Below are positions 7,841 to 16,084 of a DNA stretch of 20,000 nucleotides, one piece after another; the stretch's first letter is position 1; every line of letters starts with the position of its first letter. The stretch is from an uncultured virus (IMG/VR IMGVR_UViG_3300008267_009160) (Duplodnaviria > Heunggongvirae > Uroviricota > Caudoviricetes), in the IMG/VR virus record IMGVR_UViG_3300008267_009160, positions 54,186-74,185 of that record; one strand, 5' to 3'. The notes under the pieces are model-generated. The model was not told the DNA's origin. It did no database searches and saw only the letters and a program-made list of their open reading frames with translations. A program made the position numbers and the translations under genes.

Positions 7841-10555
7841 TTACGCTTTTAACTGTTGTTGGAAAGAAAGAGGTGTTATATTAGTAGCACTTGTACTACG
7901 GCGAGGTAAGAAGTCATGTATAGGCGTAAACTGACAGCTAACATCTACTAGCTGAGGAGCTTCAAACATATCACCGTCTAGGTTAATTTCCCAAGGGTAA
8001 CTGTCTGCAACTGTTATATTCATACTAGTAAGAAATCCGGGTTGTTTATAAATATAATCACCTAGAGTCAATTTAACAACTGGGCTTCTCATAAATCCGC
8101 TAGATTGGTAATCTGGATATAGTTGTGATTGTAGGAAGTTCAACTTCTGATACATGGGTTTAAGTTCTTGCTTTGATTCTGCTGCAAGCTTAAAATTAAA
8201 AGAAAGAGTTCTTGAAAATCCATTGTATACGTAAAAGTTCTCACCTCTACCTACATATCTAAACGGTGATAATTCTGCAGTATTATTATCAGAGAAAGAA
8301 GTTAAATAGGCTCTAAAGAGGACAGGTATAACAGCTCCACTGTACATTAAGGCTTCAAATCTAAACTTAATAAGATCTGCAATAGATTTTTCCGGGTCAT
8401 AGTCTTGCCCGACTGGTGCTGCTGTTACTTTATCAGATCGGCCAGGTCCTGCAATACCGATTCTACTCTGAAGATTGTTAGTAGTGTAATCTACAAGCTT
8501 GTAGCCTATTTTATCTGGAGAGAAAGAACCTGCTCCACCTGCTGCTCCTTCTATCGTACTTCTAAAATCAGTTAAGTTAGCATCAGTCCATTTTTTTCCA
8601 GATGCACCTAATACCGATTGTTTGTAGAGTAAGCTATAGTTAAAAGTTTTAGCCCCGTTATTAGAGTTGTTTGGGTCGCCTGGGTTAGCACTAGAGTTAA
8701 GGGTATCGGTTTTATCTCCAGTATTTGTTTCTCTTTTTAGAATTACTTTATCACTAGGGCCGATTGGGTACTCATATATAACATTTGGATTAGAAGGATT
8801 AGTAGTTACCTTATCGTTTCCTTTTATAATTTGCTTATCGGAAAAATCAGCAGACTTGCCGATTAGTTTTCCTGCTAACACTGCTAACCTACTCTCGTTA
8901 TTAACGTCTACGGTATTGTTTGTTAAAGTTTGACCGTAAGGAACAGATCCGAAAAGACCTGCTTTAGCAACTGTTACAGTTTTGTCGACATACGCTGTTG
9001 TCTGTAAAAGTTCTTTTAATGTTTTATAGGTTCCGTTTTGATACAAAGGTATCGGCGGGTTTACGTCGTATAGCGGACTTGTATCAAAATCTGGATTTCT
9101 TTTTATAATGGTTTGGCCAATACCTCTCTTTGCTCCTGGACCTCCTTCATACTTTAGTAAGGTAAATCGATCTTCTGGAATAAAAAGGTTCTTATTAGCA
9201 GTTGTGGTTTGCTTAGTAAATATTTTAGCTTTTAAAAGAGCTACAAGTCTATTGTCTGTATCAGGTTTTGCTTTATTAGAAGTCTGAGTATATTTTACGT
9301 AGCCAGGAGCGTTAGCTTGTAGATCTTCTGGTTTGGTAATAAGAATATCCTGCAGTGTTGCATTTACTCCTTGAGCATTTGCGTAGAGAGATGTTGCAGG
9401 ATTGGCTTTATATAGATCAGAGTTATCTTGGTATCTCTGTATAGTAGTTGTTCCGAGACCTCTTTCAGAATTAGGGCCTCCCGGATACTGTATTAAGGTT
9501 GTTCTATCTTGAGGAATGTACAGGTTCTTATTTGTTGTTGTTTCTGCACTATACATCTTAGAGCGGAGTAAAGCTACTAATCTGTTATCGGTATTAGGTC
9601 TTTCTAGATTCGACTGTTCTGTGTATTTGAGATAACCTGCTTTAGTTGACTTTAATCCTTCTTTTGTAAGTACGTATATATCCGCCAAAGTAGTAGTCTC
9701 TCCTTCTTGATTCTTATAAAGAGAAGAAGCAGGATTTGTTCTCAGCAAATCTGAGTTATCAGCATATCTAGGGATGGTTGTTAATCCTATACCGTATACT
9801 GATCCAGGTCCGCCTGGGTATGAGAATAGTAGATTCTTGTTTGTTCTTGAAATACCTAGTCGCTGTAAATTTTCTAGATTAGAAGTACTAGATGTATCTG
9901 TTGCTCGAGTTGCTGGTAGTATTTTGGTATTTAAGAGAGTTACAAGTCTGTTATCTGCTCCTTGATTTGCTAAATTATAACTCTGTACGACTCTTTCGTA
10001 GGTTTGGGAAAAAGGGTTATAGGGCACAGTTCCATGTCTGTCTGCATGTATACCGCTACCTGCTAATCTTACTTGAGCTAAAGTGTTTAATCCACCGTTG
10101 TATACTCTTGTGTTTTCTATTAATCCAAAAAATCTAGCTGTTGTATTTCTTCCCGGGTTTAGGTTAGCTTGAGAGCCAACTTCCATTTTAGGATTAGTTA
10201 ACTGTAATCCTATTTGCTTTGCTACAAAGGTATATCCTTTTGGAGAGGATTTTATAAATTTTTGAATCCTCTTAAAATCATATTCTGCAGCAGAAGGTAC
10301 AATAAGTCCGTTACCGAGTCTTGTTAAACTACTACCTCTAACCGGGAAGTCTAAAGATGCTAAATTACCTGTATAGTATTGTCTAGTCTTTCCGTCTGCG
10401 TTTTCAGGGAAAGGCCATTGTATATACGGCTCATCACTACTTGCTCCAAATTGCTGGTCTCTTCCGTATTTTAAGCTCTTCTGTATAAAGTTACCGGTTC
10501 CTCCGTAGTAGTAGGGGAAGTTAGCGAGGTTATTTAATAAGTCGACTAATGGCAT
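7841..10555 (-). CDS. Large baseplate protein with C-terminal tube-initiator-like domain (T4 gp48/gp54, P2 gpU-like) and internal repeats
   Basis: 904 aa, immediately after the tape measure gene. C-terminal ~170 aa (FRAYLTSFSD, YVGRGENFYVYNGFSRTLSFNF, SPVVKLTLGD, GFLTSMNITV, PWEI, P..VDV...FT) matches the tube-initiator pattern. Confidence 0.65.
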   Translation of the reverse strand: MPLVDLLNNLANFPYYYGGTGNFIQKSLKYGRDQQFGASSDEPYIQWPFPENADGKTRQYYTGNLASLDFPVRGSSLTRLGNGLIVPSAAEYDFKRIQKFIKSSPKGYTFVAKQIGLQLTNPKMEVGSQANLNPGRNTTARFFGLIENTRVYNGGLNTLAQVRLAGSGIHADRHGTVPYNPFSQTYERVVQSYNLANQGADNRLVTLLNTKILPATRATDTSSTSNLENLQRLGISRTNKNLLFSYPGGPGSVYGIGLTTIPRYADNSDLLRTNPASSLYKNQEGETTTLADIYVLTKEGLKSTKAGYLKYTEQSNLERPNTDNRLVALLRSKMYSAETTTNKNLYIPQDRTTLIQYPGGPNSERGLGTTTIQRYQDNSDLYKANPATSLYANAQGVNATLQDILITKPEDLQANAPGYVKYTQTSNKAKPDTDNRLVALLKAKIFTKQTTTANKNLFIPEDRFTLLKYEGGPGAKRGIGQTIIKRNPDFDTSPLYDVNPPIPLYQNGTYKTLKELLQTTAYVDKTVTVAKAGLFGSVPYGQTLTNNTVDVNNESRLAVLAGKLIGKSADFSDKQIIKGNDKVTTNPSNPNVIYEYPIGPSDKVILKRETNTGDKTDTLNSSANPGDPNNSNNGAKTFNYSLLYKQSVLGASGKKWTDANLTDFRSTIEGAAGGAGSFSPDKIGYKLVDYTTNNLQSRIGIAGPGRSDKVTAAPVGQDYDPEKSIADLIKFRFEALMYSGAVIPVLFRAYLTSFSDNNTAELSPFRYVGRGENFYVYNGFSRTLSFNFKLAAESKQELKPMYQKLNFLQSQLYPDYQSSGFMRSPVVKLTLGDYIYKQPGFLTSMNITVADSYPWEINLDGDMFEAPQLVDVSCQFTPIHDFLPRRSTSATNITPLSFQQQLKA
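8740..9990 (-). repeat. Four diverged ~110-120-aa protein repeats in the 904-aa gene
   Basis: DNRLVTLL, DNRLVALL, DNRLVALL and ESRLAVLA begin at 9955, 9589, 9256 and 8896 (spacings 122, 111, 120 aa). Each is followed by Y(P/E)GGP..G.G.T.I.R, degenerate in copy 4. Confidence 0.85.
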
Positions 10556-10562
10556 TTTAATA

Positions 10563-13500
10563 TTATCTTATACGTGAGTTAGAATTTAAAACATTGCCGT
10601 AACTTGTAACGGTTGCTTTAGAAGTTGCATAGGCTAGTTTATCTGCATCCACTGTAAGTTGTTTATCTCTAATTGCAGTTAAAATAGCTGTATGCTCTTT
10701 TAGAACTTTAACCATTTCAACAATAGTATCGCGAGTATCTTTTCCTAAGAATACTTCTCCTTGGTCTACTTTTGCTACACCTGTAGTAGTTACTACGCCT
10801 CCGGTTGCTAATTTAGGTTCCTGAAGAGGAGTAGCTTCCTTGGATGGACCGGTTTTTCCTGCAGCTTTTAATTCATCTCCGTACATACCCAGTACAGCAT
10901 CACCGATAGGTTTTGCTCCTACAAAGTCTGCAACCAATCCTCCTAGCCACCTACCAGCAACATCTCCTGCCATTGCACCTAAGATAGTACCTACGCCTGG
11001 GATAGGTATGAGAGATCCTAAAGCGCCTCCTCCGATTGAGCCTAACACACCTCCTAATCCTTGCATCACTCTCGCACCGACTGCTTGTGATAGTTCAGGC
11101 CCTTTTTTATCACCTGCTATCATCTCCTTAATGTCGTTATTTGCAAATACACCTTCTATTAAGGTGCTAACAATAGGTATCTTAACTAATTTTTTTAAGA
11201 AACCTCCTATATTTGTTTTTAACCATCCTCCTATAGCCCCTTTAGGGTTAGCTACAGCAGAAGCTGTTGATTTTATACTGCTCCATATTCTACTAAAGAA
11301 TCCACCTCCGCCGGTTTTAGCAACATTAGAGGCAGCGGCAGCTGTTGTCTGAGTTGCGGGTGCAGCTGCTTTAGCTTGTTTTAGAGCTTCTGCAGATGTC
11401 ATACCGGGGTTAGCTGCTTTTATTTGAGCGGCTGTTTTAACATTCGCTGATACCGGTTTAGCACCGGGGGTGGTTGCTGCTGCAGGTGCACTAGCTGTAG
11501 CGCCTGCGCTTGCTCCGCCACCTGCGGCTCCACTCATAGCATCTGCTACACCTCCGTATCCTAAAGCTCCTAACAGTGGTGCAGCCTTTCCACCTATCTT
11601 TCCTAAAAACTTACCAGTACCGGCAAGGAATCTACCGAACTTGCCCATTTTAGCAAGCTTTCTTCCCATCTTAAACTTACTACCGGGTTTAGAGCCGCCT
11701 AGCATATCTGCTACACCTCCTTCACCTTCACCTCCTCCTGCTCCTGCACCACCAGCACCCAGATTAGTTACTTCACTAAAAGTTGGATTACTGCGAGATG
11801 AACCTCTGGTAAAGTATTTTGCAATACCTGATAATCCTTTTAACCCTATTATGATTGCTCCTATTGAAGCAAACTTCTTAAGCACGTCTCCCAGGATTGG
11901 AATATCTCCAATCTTACCTATAAACTGTCCTACACCTTTTACTGCTAATACTATACCTCTAGTTATATCTGATACAAATTTAAAACCGTCTGCTAAAAGT
12001 TCTACAAATTGTCCCATCGGCCCTTCTACTATGGAGGCTATAACATCTTTCATTTTTTCCATAGCTTCGGCAAACCTGGTCTGAGTGTCAACTTGCATTT
12101 TTGATACCTCAAAGCTCTTACCTTGGGCGATACCTTGTTCTATTTGATCCGCTAATTGACCTTTTCCTTCTGCTCTTAGTTTCTTTATCTCATCTTTTTG
12201 TGCAGCACTTAACTTATTTAACTGAGCTTGTTTCTGTAACGAATTGGCTAACTCATCAGCAGACATGCCCATTGACTCAGCAATTGCCTGTTGTTGAATC
12301 CTATTTAATTTTTGGAAGTTGTTAATACCGCCGACTTGCTTTAACATCTCTTCAGCCGCTTCTGCTGTTTTTCCTTCAAGAGCTAAACTTCTAGCTCTAC
12401 TTAACTCTAAATCACGGCCTGTTAAAACTTCTGCTTCCATTTCTGCTGCAATAGAACTCTCAAAGTCTAACAGCTTATCTGTCATATTCTTTGTTTGTTC
12501 TAGAGTTAGTCCTAGCTTTTGAGCCTGTACTACAGCTTTTGCAATTAGAGCAGGATCGTTTTTATAGAATGCAGCTAATTGCCCTTCTGTCTTAAGTACT
12601 TCTGCAAGTACTTTTTTATTGCTAAATAATCCTTTGTTTTGTTTTCCAACATTTTTTACAAGATCTTCCTGAGTAGTGTTGTACTGCATTGCGTACATCG
12701 AAAGCTTAGAAGCTTCTTCCCCGCTAAGTCCTAAGTTTCTTGTAAGTAGTATTTGTCCTTCTGTTAACTTCTCTCCAAAGATGGCTGATGTACCAAAAGC
12801 TTCGTTAAGCTGTTGTTGAGCGGCAAGGGTATTCTTTTTAGTCATATACTCCTTACCGCTATGTACTGCCATTTCTTCAGCATAGTGGTAGAGGTCTTTT
12901 GCTGCATCAGCAGATAAACCATACTGTTTACCGATATCGGCTACCTCTTTGTTGAACTCCATACCTAGATGGACTAGCTTAGTTACAAGACCGACAGCTA
13001 GTCCCATAAGTACCAGAGGATCTTTAAGGGCTGAACCAATACCTTTAAACACACCTTTAAGCCCTGCCATTGCAGTGCTCCATATGTTACCATGCTCAGC
13101 AGCATGTTCCATACTCTCTTCTATATCCTCAAAATATTTTGTATCGATACCAAACTTACCTAGAGCACCAGTTATACCGTGTATTAACTTTCCGGTTAAT
13201 CCTAACTTCTTTTGAATTTCTTCTTCATGCTTTAAACGAGTCTGGCTAAGCTTTACCAGGTCATTTAAGTAGTTACCTTCTTCTTGCTTTAATTTTCCGT
13301 TCTCATCTAGAATTCCGTTAATCTCTATAAGCTGTGCTTTCTCCTGTTCTGTAAGTGCTCTAGATTTTGCTAGTTCTTGTAATTCTTTTCTCGTCGAACT
13401 TAAAACCGATGTCTGTATTTTTATTTTTTCTTGAAGGGATAATATATCTTTTCTGTTAAGTTTAGATATACCTTCTTGGTCGTATTTAAACTTATCGGCT

Positions 13501-13817
13501 ATTCCTCCTAACGCTCTAAAAGATTTAGTTATCTCTTTACTCGCAGTGTCAACTCCGGTTATATCTTTAACTACATTCTTAAAGGTATCGCTTACTTCTG
13601 AAAATCCTCTTTTCATCCTATCTACTCTATCTTCTAAACCGGCTAGCGTTTGGTCTAGAGCAGTAGTATCTCGTTTAAGAGCGTCTAAAGTTACGCTTTT
13701 AAACTCTATATTAAGTTCACGAGCTAACTCTTTTAACCTTAAAATCTTAGCTTCTATTTGAGCTAATGATTCAGGGCTGGGAGTTTGATCGCCTGTAGGA
13801 TTTGTTGCATCTACCAT
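10563..13817 (-). CDS. Tail tape measure protein
   Basis: 1084 aa, long helical/coiled-coil Ala/Lys/Glu-rich sequence with Gly-rich hydrophobic stretches and a C-terminal LATGGVV...GEV motif. Canonical position after the tube and chaperone genes. Confidence 0.85.
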   Translation of the reverse strand: MVDATNPTGDQTPSPESLAQIEAKILRLKELARELNIEFKSVTLDALKRDTTALDQTLAGLEDRVDRMKRGFSEVSDTFKNVVKDITGVDTASKEITKSFRALGGIADKFKYDQEGISKLNRKDILSLQEKIKIQTSVLSSTRKELQELAKSRALTEQEKAQLIEINGILDENGKLKQEEGNYLNDLVKLSQTRLKHEEEIQKKLGLTGKLIHGITGALGKFGIDTKYFEDIEESMEHAAEHGNIWSTAMAGLKGVFKGIGSALKDPLVLMGLAVGLVTKLVHLGMEFNKEVADIGKQYGLSADAAKDLYHYAEEMAVHSGKEYMTKKNTLAAQQQLNEAFGTSAIFGEKLTEGQILLTRNLGLSGEEASKLSMYAMQYNTTQEDLVKNVGKQNKGLFSNKKVLAEVLKTEGQLAAFYKNDPALIAKAVVQAQKLGLTLEQTKNMTDKLLDFESSIAAEMEAEVLTGRDLELSRARSLALEGKTAEAAEEMLKQVGGINNFQKLNRIQQQAIAESMGMSADELANSLQKQAQLNKLSAAQKDEIKKLRAEGKGQLADQIEQGIAQGKSFEVSKMQVDTQTRFAEAMEKMKDVIASIVEGPMGQFVELLADGFKFVSDITRGIVLAVKGVGQFIGKIGDIPILGDVLKKFASIGAIIIGLKGLSGIAKYFTRGSSRSNPTFSEVTNLGAGGAGAGGGEGEGGVADMLGGSKPGSKFKMGRKLAKMGKFGRFLAGTGKFLGKIGGKAAPLLGALGYGGVADAMSGAAGGGASAGATASAPAAATTPGAKPVSANVKTAAQIKAANPGMTSAEALKQAKAAAPATQTTAAAASNVAKTGGGGFFSRIWSSIKSTASAVANPKGAIGGWLKTNIGGFLKKLVKIPIVSTLIEGVFANNDIKEMIAGDKKGPELSQAVGARVMQGLGGVLGSIGGGALGSLIPIPGVGTILGAMAGDVAGRWLGGLVADFVGAKPIGDAVLGMYGDELKAAGKTGPSKEATPLQEPKLATGGVVTTTGVAKVDQGEVFLGKDTRDTIVEMVKVLKEHTAILTAIRDKQLTVDADKLAYATSKATVTSYGNVLNSNSRIR

Positions 13818-13834
13818 AGTATCTCTAAATATAT

Positions 13835-13842
13835 TATAAATA
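13835..13842 (-). promoter_or_regulatory. TATTTATA motif (putative late promoter) 17 nt upstream of the tape measure gene
   Basis: Same octamer recurs upstream of five consecutive tail-module genes. Confidence 0.65.
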
Positions 13843-13845
13843 GGG

Positions 13846-13872
13846 AGTACCTACTTTTTTGGAGCAGGTACT
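13846..13872 (-). terminator. RNA hairpin over the stop of the chaperone extension ORF (possible weak terminator or processing site)
   Basis: Minus strand AGUACCUGCU-CCAAAAA-AGUAGGUACU: 10-bp stem with one G-U. Lacks a clean U-tract. Confidence 0.4.
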
Positions 13873-14114
13873 TTATAGGTAGGTTGTTTCTGAGCTATGT
13901 TTGGTTTGTAAATCTCTCTCTTATTATTAGTTGCGTCGTTTAGATCTTCTTCTCCTTTTTGCTTCTCGTACCAGTCTTTCATTTCATTAAAAGTGTATTT
14001 GCGAAGCCAAGTAGGCATTTCATATATATCTAACCAACTGTAACCTCCTTGTCCGTGAAATACTATTTCATGTATTTCTTTGAAAAGGTAGAGTCTATGC
14101 TCAGGACTTAGGCC
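13851..14114 (-). CDS. Unannotated +1-frame extension of the tail assembly chaperone (gpT / T4 gp51-like)
   Basis: 87 open codons: GLSPEHRLYLFKEIHEIVFHGQGGYSWLDIYEMPTWLRKYTFNEMKDWYEKQKGEEDLNDATNNKREIYKPNIAQKQPTYKVPAPKK*. It fills the gap between the chaperone and tape measure genes. The first ATG is at 14018 (a 55-aa product). Confidence 0.8.
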   Translation of the reverse strand, partial: GLSPEHRLYLFKEIHEIVFHGQGGYSWLDIYEMPTWLRKYTFNEMKDWYEKQKGEEDLNDATNNKREIYKPNIAQKQPTYKVPAPKK

Positions 14115-14856
14115 AAAAAAATTCTGTTCCGATTGGAATCTCTACGCCCTCCTCAACGTGTGTATCAGATTCGTAGTCAAACGTAAGAAGTACTTCTGGT
14201 TGAATTTCGGTAATATGTTTTCTTAGAGCTCTTGAATCGGGTGCTAACATAACATCGACAAAGCCTCTAATTGCTTTTGGATCTCTGTCTCCATTTATCG
14301 ATGTGATAATCTTTTTGAACCTGGTAGTTACTTCGCTAGATCCGTTAGGATTGACTTTTTTCATACCTTGAAGTTCTCTCTCAATATCTTTCTCATCTTT
14401 ATGAGTTAGTAGTTTGAAAGTGACAATATTGCCGGTAGTAGGTAGTTTAAATTCAAACTCATTCACACCGGGAGTCTTAACTAAACTTCTATCGAGTTTC
14501 TTTTCTTTTAACTTTGTTAAGTCGACGGTGACTTTTTCTGAAGTTCCTGTAATAGGATTGTAGTAGTTAAAACTGTAATCTTTACCGTATCCTAGAATTC
14601 TTGCAGCAATCAGCAAAGCATTCTTATCTGTTATTAGTAGATCGTCAAAATTAATCTTAGTGACGATTAGAGATTGTAGTAGTTTATCTAGAACCGTGTT
14701 ATTATTAATTAGATTAGCATTAGTAAGGATATCTTCCTCTTTTGCTGTCATATACTTCATTTCCAGTTTACCGCTAGATAAAGGGTTATCTTGGGGATAT
14801 AAGAGTCCTTCGGACGGTAGTTCAACTGTTTCGGTCGGTAACTTAAATTCGCTCAT
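14101..14856 (-). CDS. Tail/baseplate hub assembly chaperone (T4 gp26-like, lambda gpG-equivalent position)
   Basis: VELPSEGLLYP, MKYMTAKEEDIL, LLI.DKNALLIAARILGYG.DY, F.LP.T...VTFKLLT..DE and C-terminal FFWP. Lies between the tube and tape measure genes. Confidence 0.8.
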   Translation of the reverse strand: MSEFKLPTETVELPSEGLLYPQDNPLSSGKLEMKYMTAKEEDILTNANLINNNTVLDKLLQSLIVTKINFDDLLITDKNALLIAARILGYGKDYSFNYYNPITGTSEKVTVDLTKLKEKKLDRSLVKTPGVNEFEFKLPTTGNIVTFKLLTHKDEKDIERELQGMKKVNPNGSSEVTTRFKKIITSINGDRDPKAIRGFVDVMLAPDSRALRKHITEIQPEVLLTFDYESDTHVEEGVEIPIGTEFFWPKS

Positions 14857-14885
14857 AGATTTTTATTTAGTAACTGTATTGTATA

Positions 14886-14893
14886 TATAAATA
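14886..14893 (-). promoter_or_regulatory. TATTTATA motif (putative late promoter) 29 nt upstream of the chaperone gene
   Basis: Exact octamer in the intergenic region. Confidence 0.65.
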
Positions 14894-14913
14894 TGCCGGA
14901 GATTGATTTTCTA

Positions 14914-15477
14914 CTAGAAAACAGTCTTCAAGCTTCTAATAATTTTTTTATCCCATTTCTTAAGAACATTCTTGTAGAAGTAAGCTAAAGCATACGGTCC
15001 AGAATGTCCTAATTCTAAAGCAAAGCTCTTTATTTCAGCAGAGGTTAGTTCGATAAGAAGGATGTACTCGTCAAAAGTTGGATCGCCTTCTATATTATTT
15101 TTCTTATAATAGTCTCCTAAAGCTATTTCAGCAGTTAAGTCAAAGTATTTACCATTAGAAGAATTCCAAGCATGATCGAGAGGTACGTACCTGGAAGCTA
15201 TTCCTTCGCAGTATTTAATGCCTGATCCGCCTGAGTACGCTGTGTAGAAAGAGTTGTCGTAGCACTGCTTAGTCTTGACTTTTAATATTTTGCTTTTTAA
15301 CAAATCGTCTACGTCTTTAGCTACAGGTAGGGTTTTATAAGAAACAACTTTTATAGGTTTAGCTACTTCAGCTTTCCATTTAGCAAACTTTAATTGATCA
15401 TTTTCAGCATCAAGCATTTGAGAAAGCATTGTTGCTTCTCCGTCAAGATATCGTTTTAATTGGCTTTCTAGTAACAT
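14914..15477 (-). CDS. Hypothetical protein with a putative Cys-His-Asp triad (transglutaminase/papain-like fold)
   Basis: KQC72YDNS...YCEG...DH102AW...YFD113LT. The C/HAW/D order is typical of transglutaminase-like superfamily members. Ends in a double TAG stop. Confidence 0.55.
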   Translation of the reverse strand: MLLESQLKRYLDGEATMLSQMLDAENDQLKFAKWKAEVAKPIKVVSYKTLPVAKDVDDLLKSKILKVKTKQCYDNSFYTAYSGGSGIKYCEGIASRYVPLDHAWNSSNGKYFDLTAEIALGDYYKKNNIEGDPTFDEYILLIELTSAEIKSFALELGHSGPYALAYFYKNVLKKWDKKIIRSLKTVF

Positions 15478-15481
15478 CGTA

Positions 15482-15489
15482 TATAAATA
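15482..15489 (-). promoter_or_regulatory. TATTTATA motif (putative late promoter) directly upstream of the 187-aa gene
   Basis: Exact octamer between the tube-gene terminator and ATG 15477. The 4-nt gap implies a leaderless mRNA or a downstream start. Confidence 0.6.
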
Positions 15490-15496
15490 TTAAAAT

Positions 15497-15526
15497 AAAA
15501 AAATCTCTTGGGATTTCCAAGAGATT
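15497..15526 (-). terminator. Rho-independent terminator after the tail tube gene
   Basis: Perfect 10-bp inverted repeat AATCTCTTGG / CCAAGAGATT (15502-15511 and 15517-15526) with a 5-nt loop, running into a T-tract on the minus strand, 25 nt after the tube stop. Confidence 0.85.
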
Positions 15527-15551
15527 CTTTAAAATAATTGCTAAGGTTATC

Positions 15552-16037
15552 TTAGAAGTTAAGTTCGCAGTAATCCATAGCGATTGTCATTTCGATCGTA
15601 ATGTACTGATCGTTAGACCAATCGTATTCACCGAAGTTAGCTGATTTAACGTATGCGCCTCTGATCACCCATTCTCCTACGATATCACCTACAGGGCCTA
15701 AGATGTTTAGAGTGACATTCTTTTTATAGAAGTCAGAATAACCATCTCTACCTGTGATTGATTCGTGAGATAGACGGATCCATTCCATTACAGTTTGGGC
15801 TCCAGAAGGGGTGATAGGGTCGTAAAGCGATAGTGCCATATCCTGCCATTCAGCTTTGCCCTTAAGTTTACGGTATACGTTGATGTGATCGAGCTTGATA
15901 TCAGTAAACTGTACTTGAGGTGAAGCAGCTTTCTTGATGAGGTATGTAGGGATACCATCGATGTACATTATGAAGCGGTTCTGAACCTTGGGTTCGAAGG
16001 CCGTATACATCAACTCATTTGGATCTATTAGTGGCAT
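15552..16037 (-). CDS. Tail tube protein (T4 gp19-like)
   Basis: 161 aa directly after the sheath gene. EPK..NRF, KGKAEWQDM.L.LYD, VMEW, YKK..TL..L.P.G..V.EW...GA...S..FGE.DW and I.MT..DY fit the gp19-like tube pattern. Confidence 0.9.
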   Translation of the reverse strand: MPLIDPNELMYTAFEPKVQNRFIMYIDGIPTYLIKKAASPQVQFTDIKLDHINVYRKLKGKAEWQDMALSLYDPITPSGAQTVMEWIRLSHESITGRDGYSDFYKKNVTLNILGPVGDIVGEWVIRGAYVKSANFGEYDWSNDQYITIEMTIAMDYCELNF

Positions 16038-16052
16038 ATTCTATTCGTTTAA

Positions 16053-16060
16053 TATAAATA
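16053..16060 (-). promoter_or_regulatory. TATTTATA motif (putative late promoter) 15 nt upstream of the tube gene
   Basis: Exact octamer in the sheath-tube intergenic region. Confidence 0.65.
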
Positions 16061-16084
16061 TCGGTTTAATAAATTTTCTATAAC

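Noticed and set aside
8047..8054. TATTTATA copy inside the 904-aa gene, about 210 nt upstream of the LysM start
   Set aside because: It is within coding sequence (DYIYK) and much farther from a start than the other copies. It could be an internal promoter but cannot be told from chance.
14043..14050. Perfect SD-like AAGGAGGT inside the extension ORF as an independent ribosome binding site
   Set aside because: It is 24 nt from ATG 14018, which is too far, and simply encodes QGG. The correctly spaced TTG is in another frame and stops after five codons.
14095..14103. Readthrough of the chaperone TGA as the route into the downstream region
   Set aside because: The same frame hits TAG two codons later (TGA GCA TAG). 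The open downstream frame is +1.
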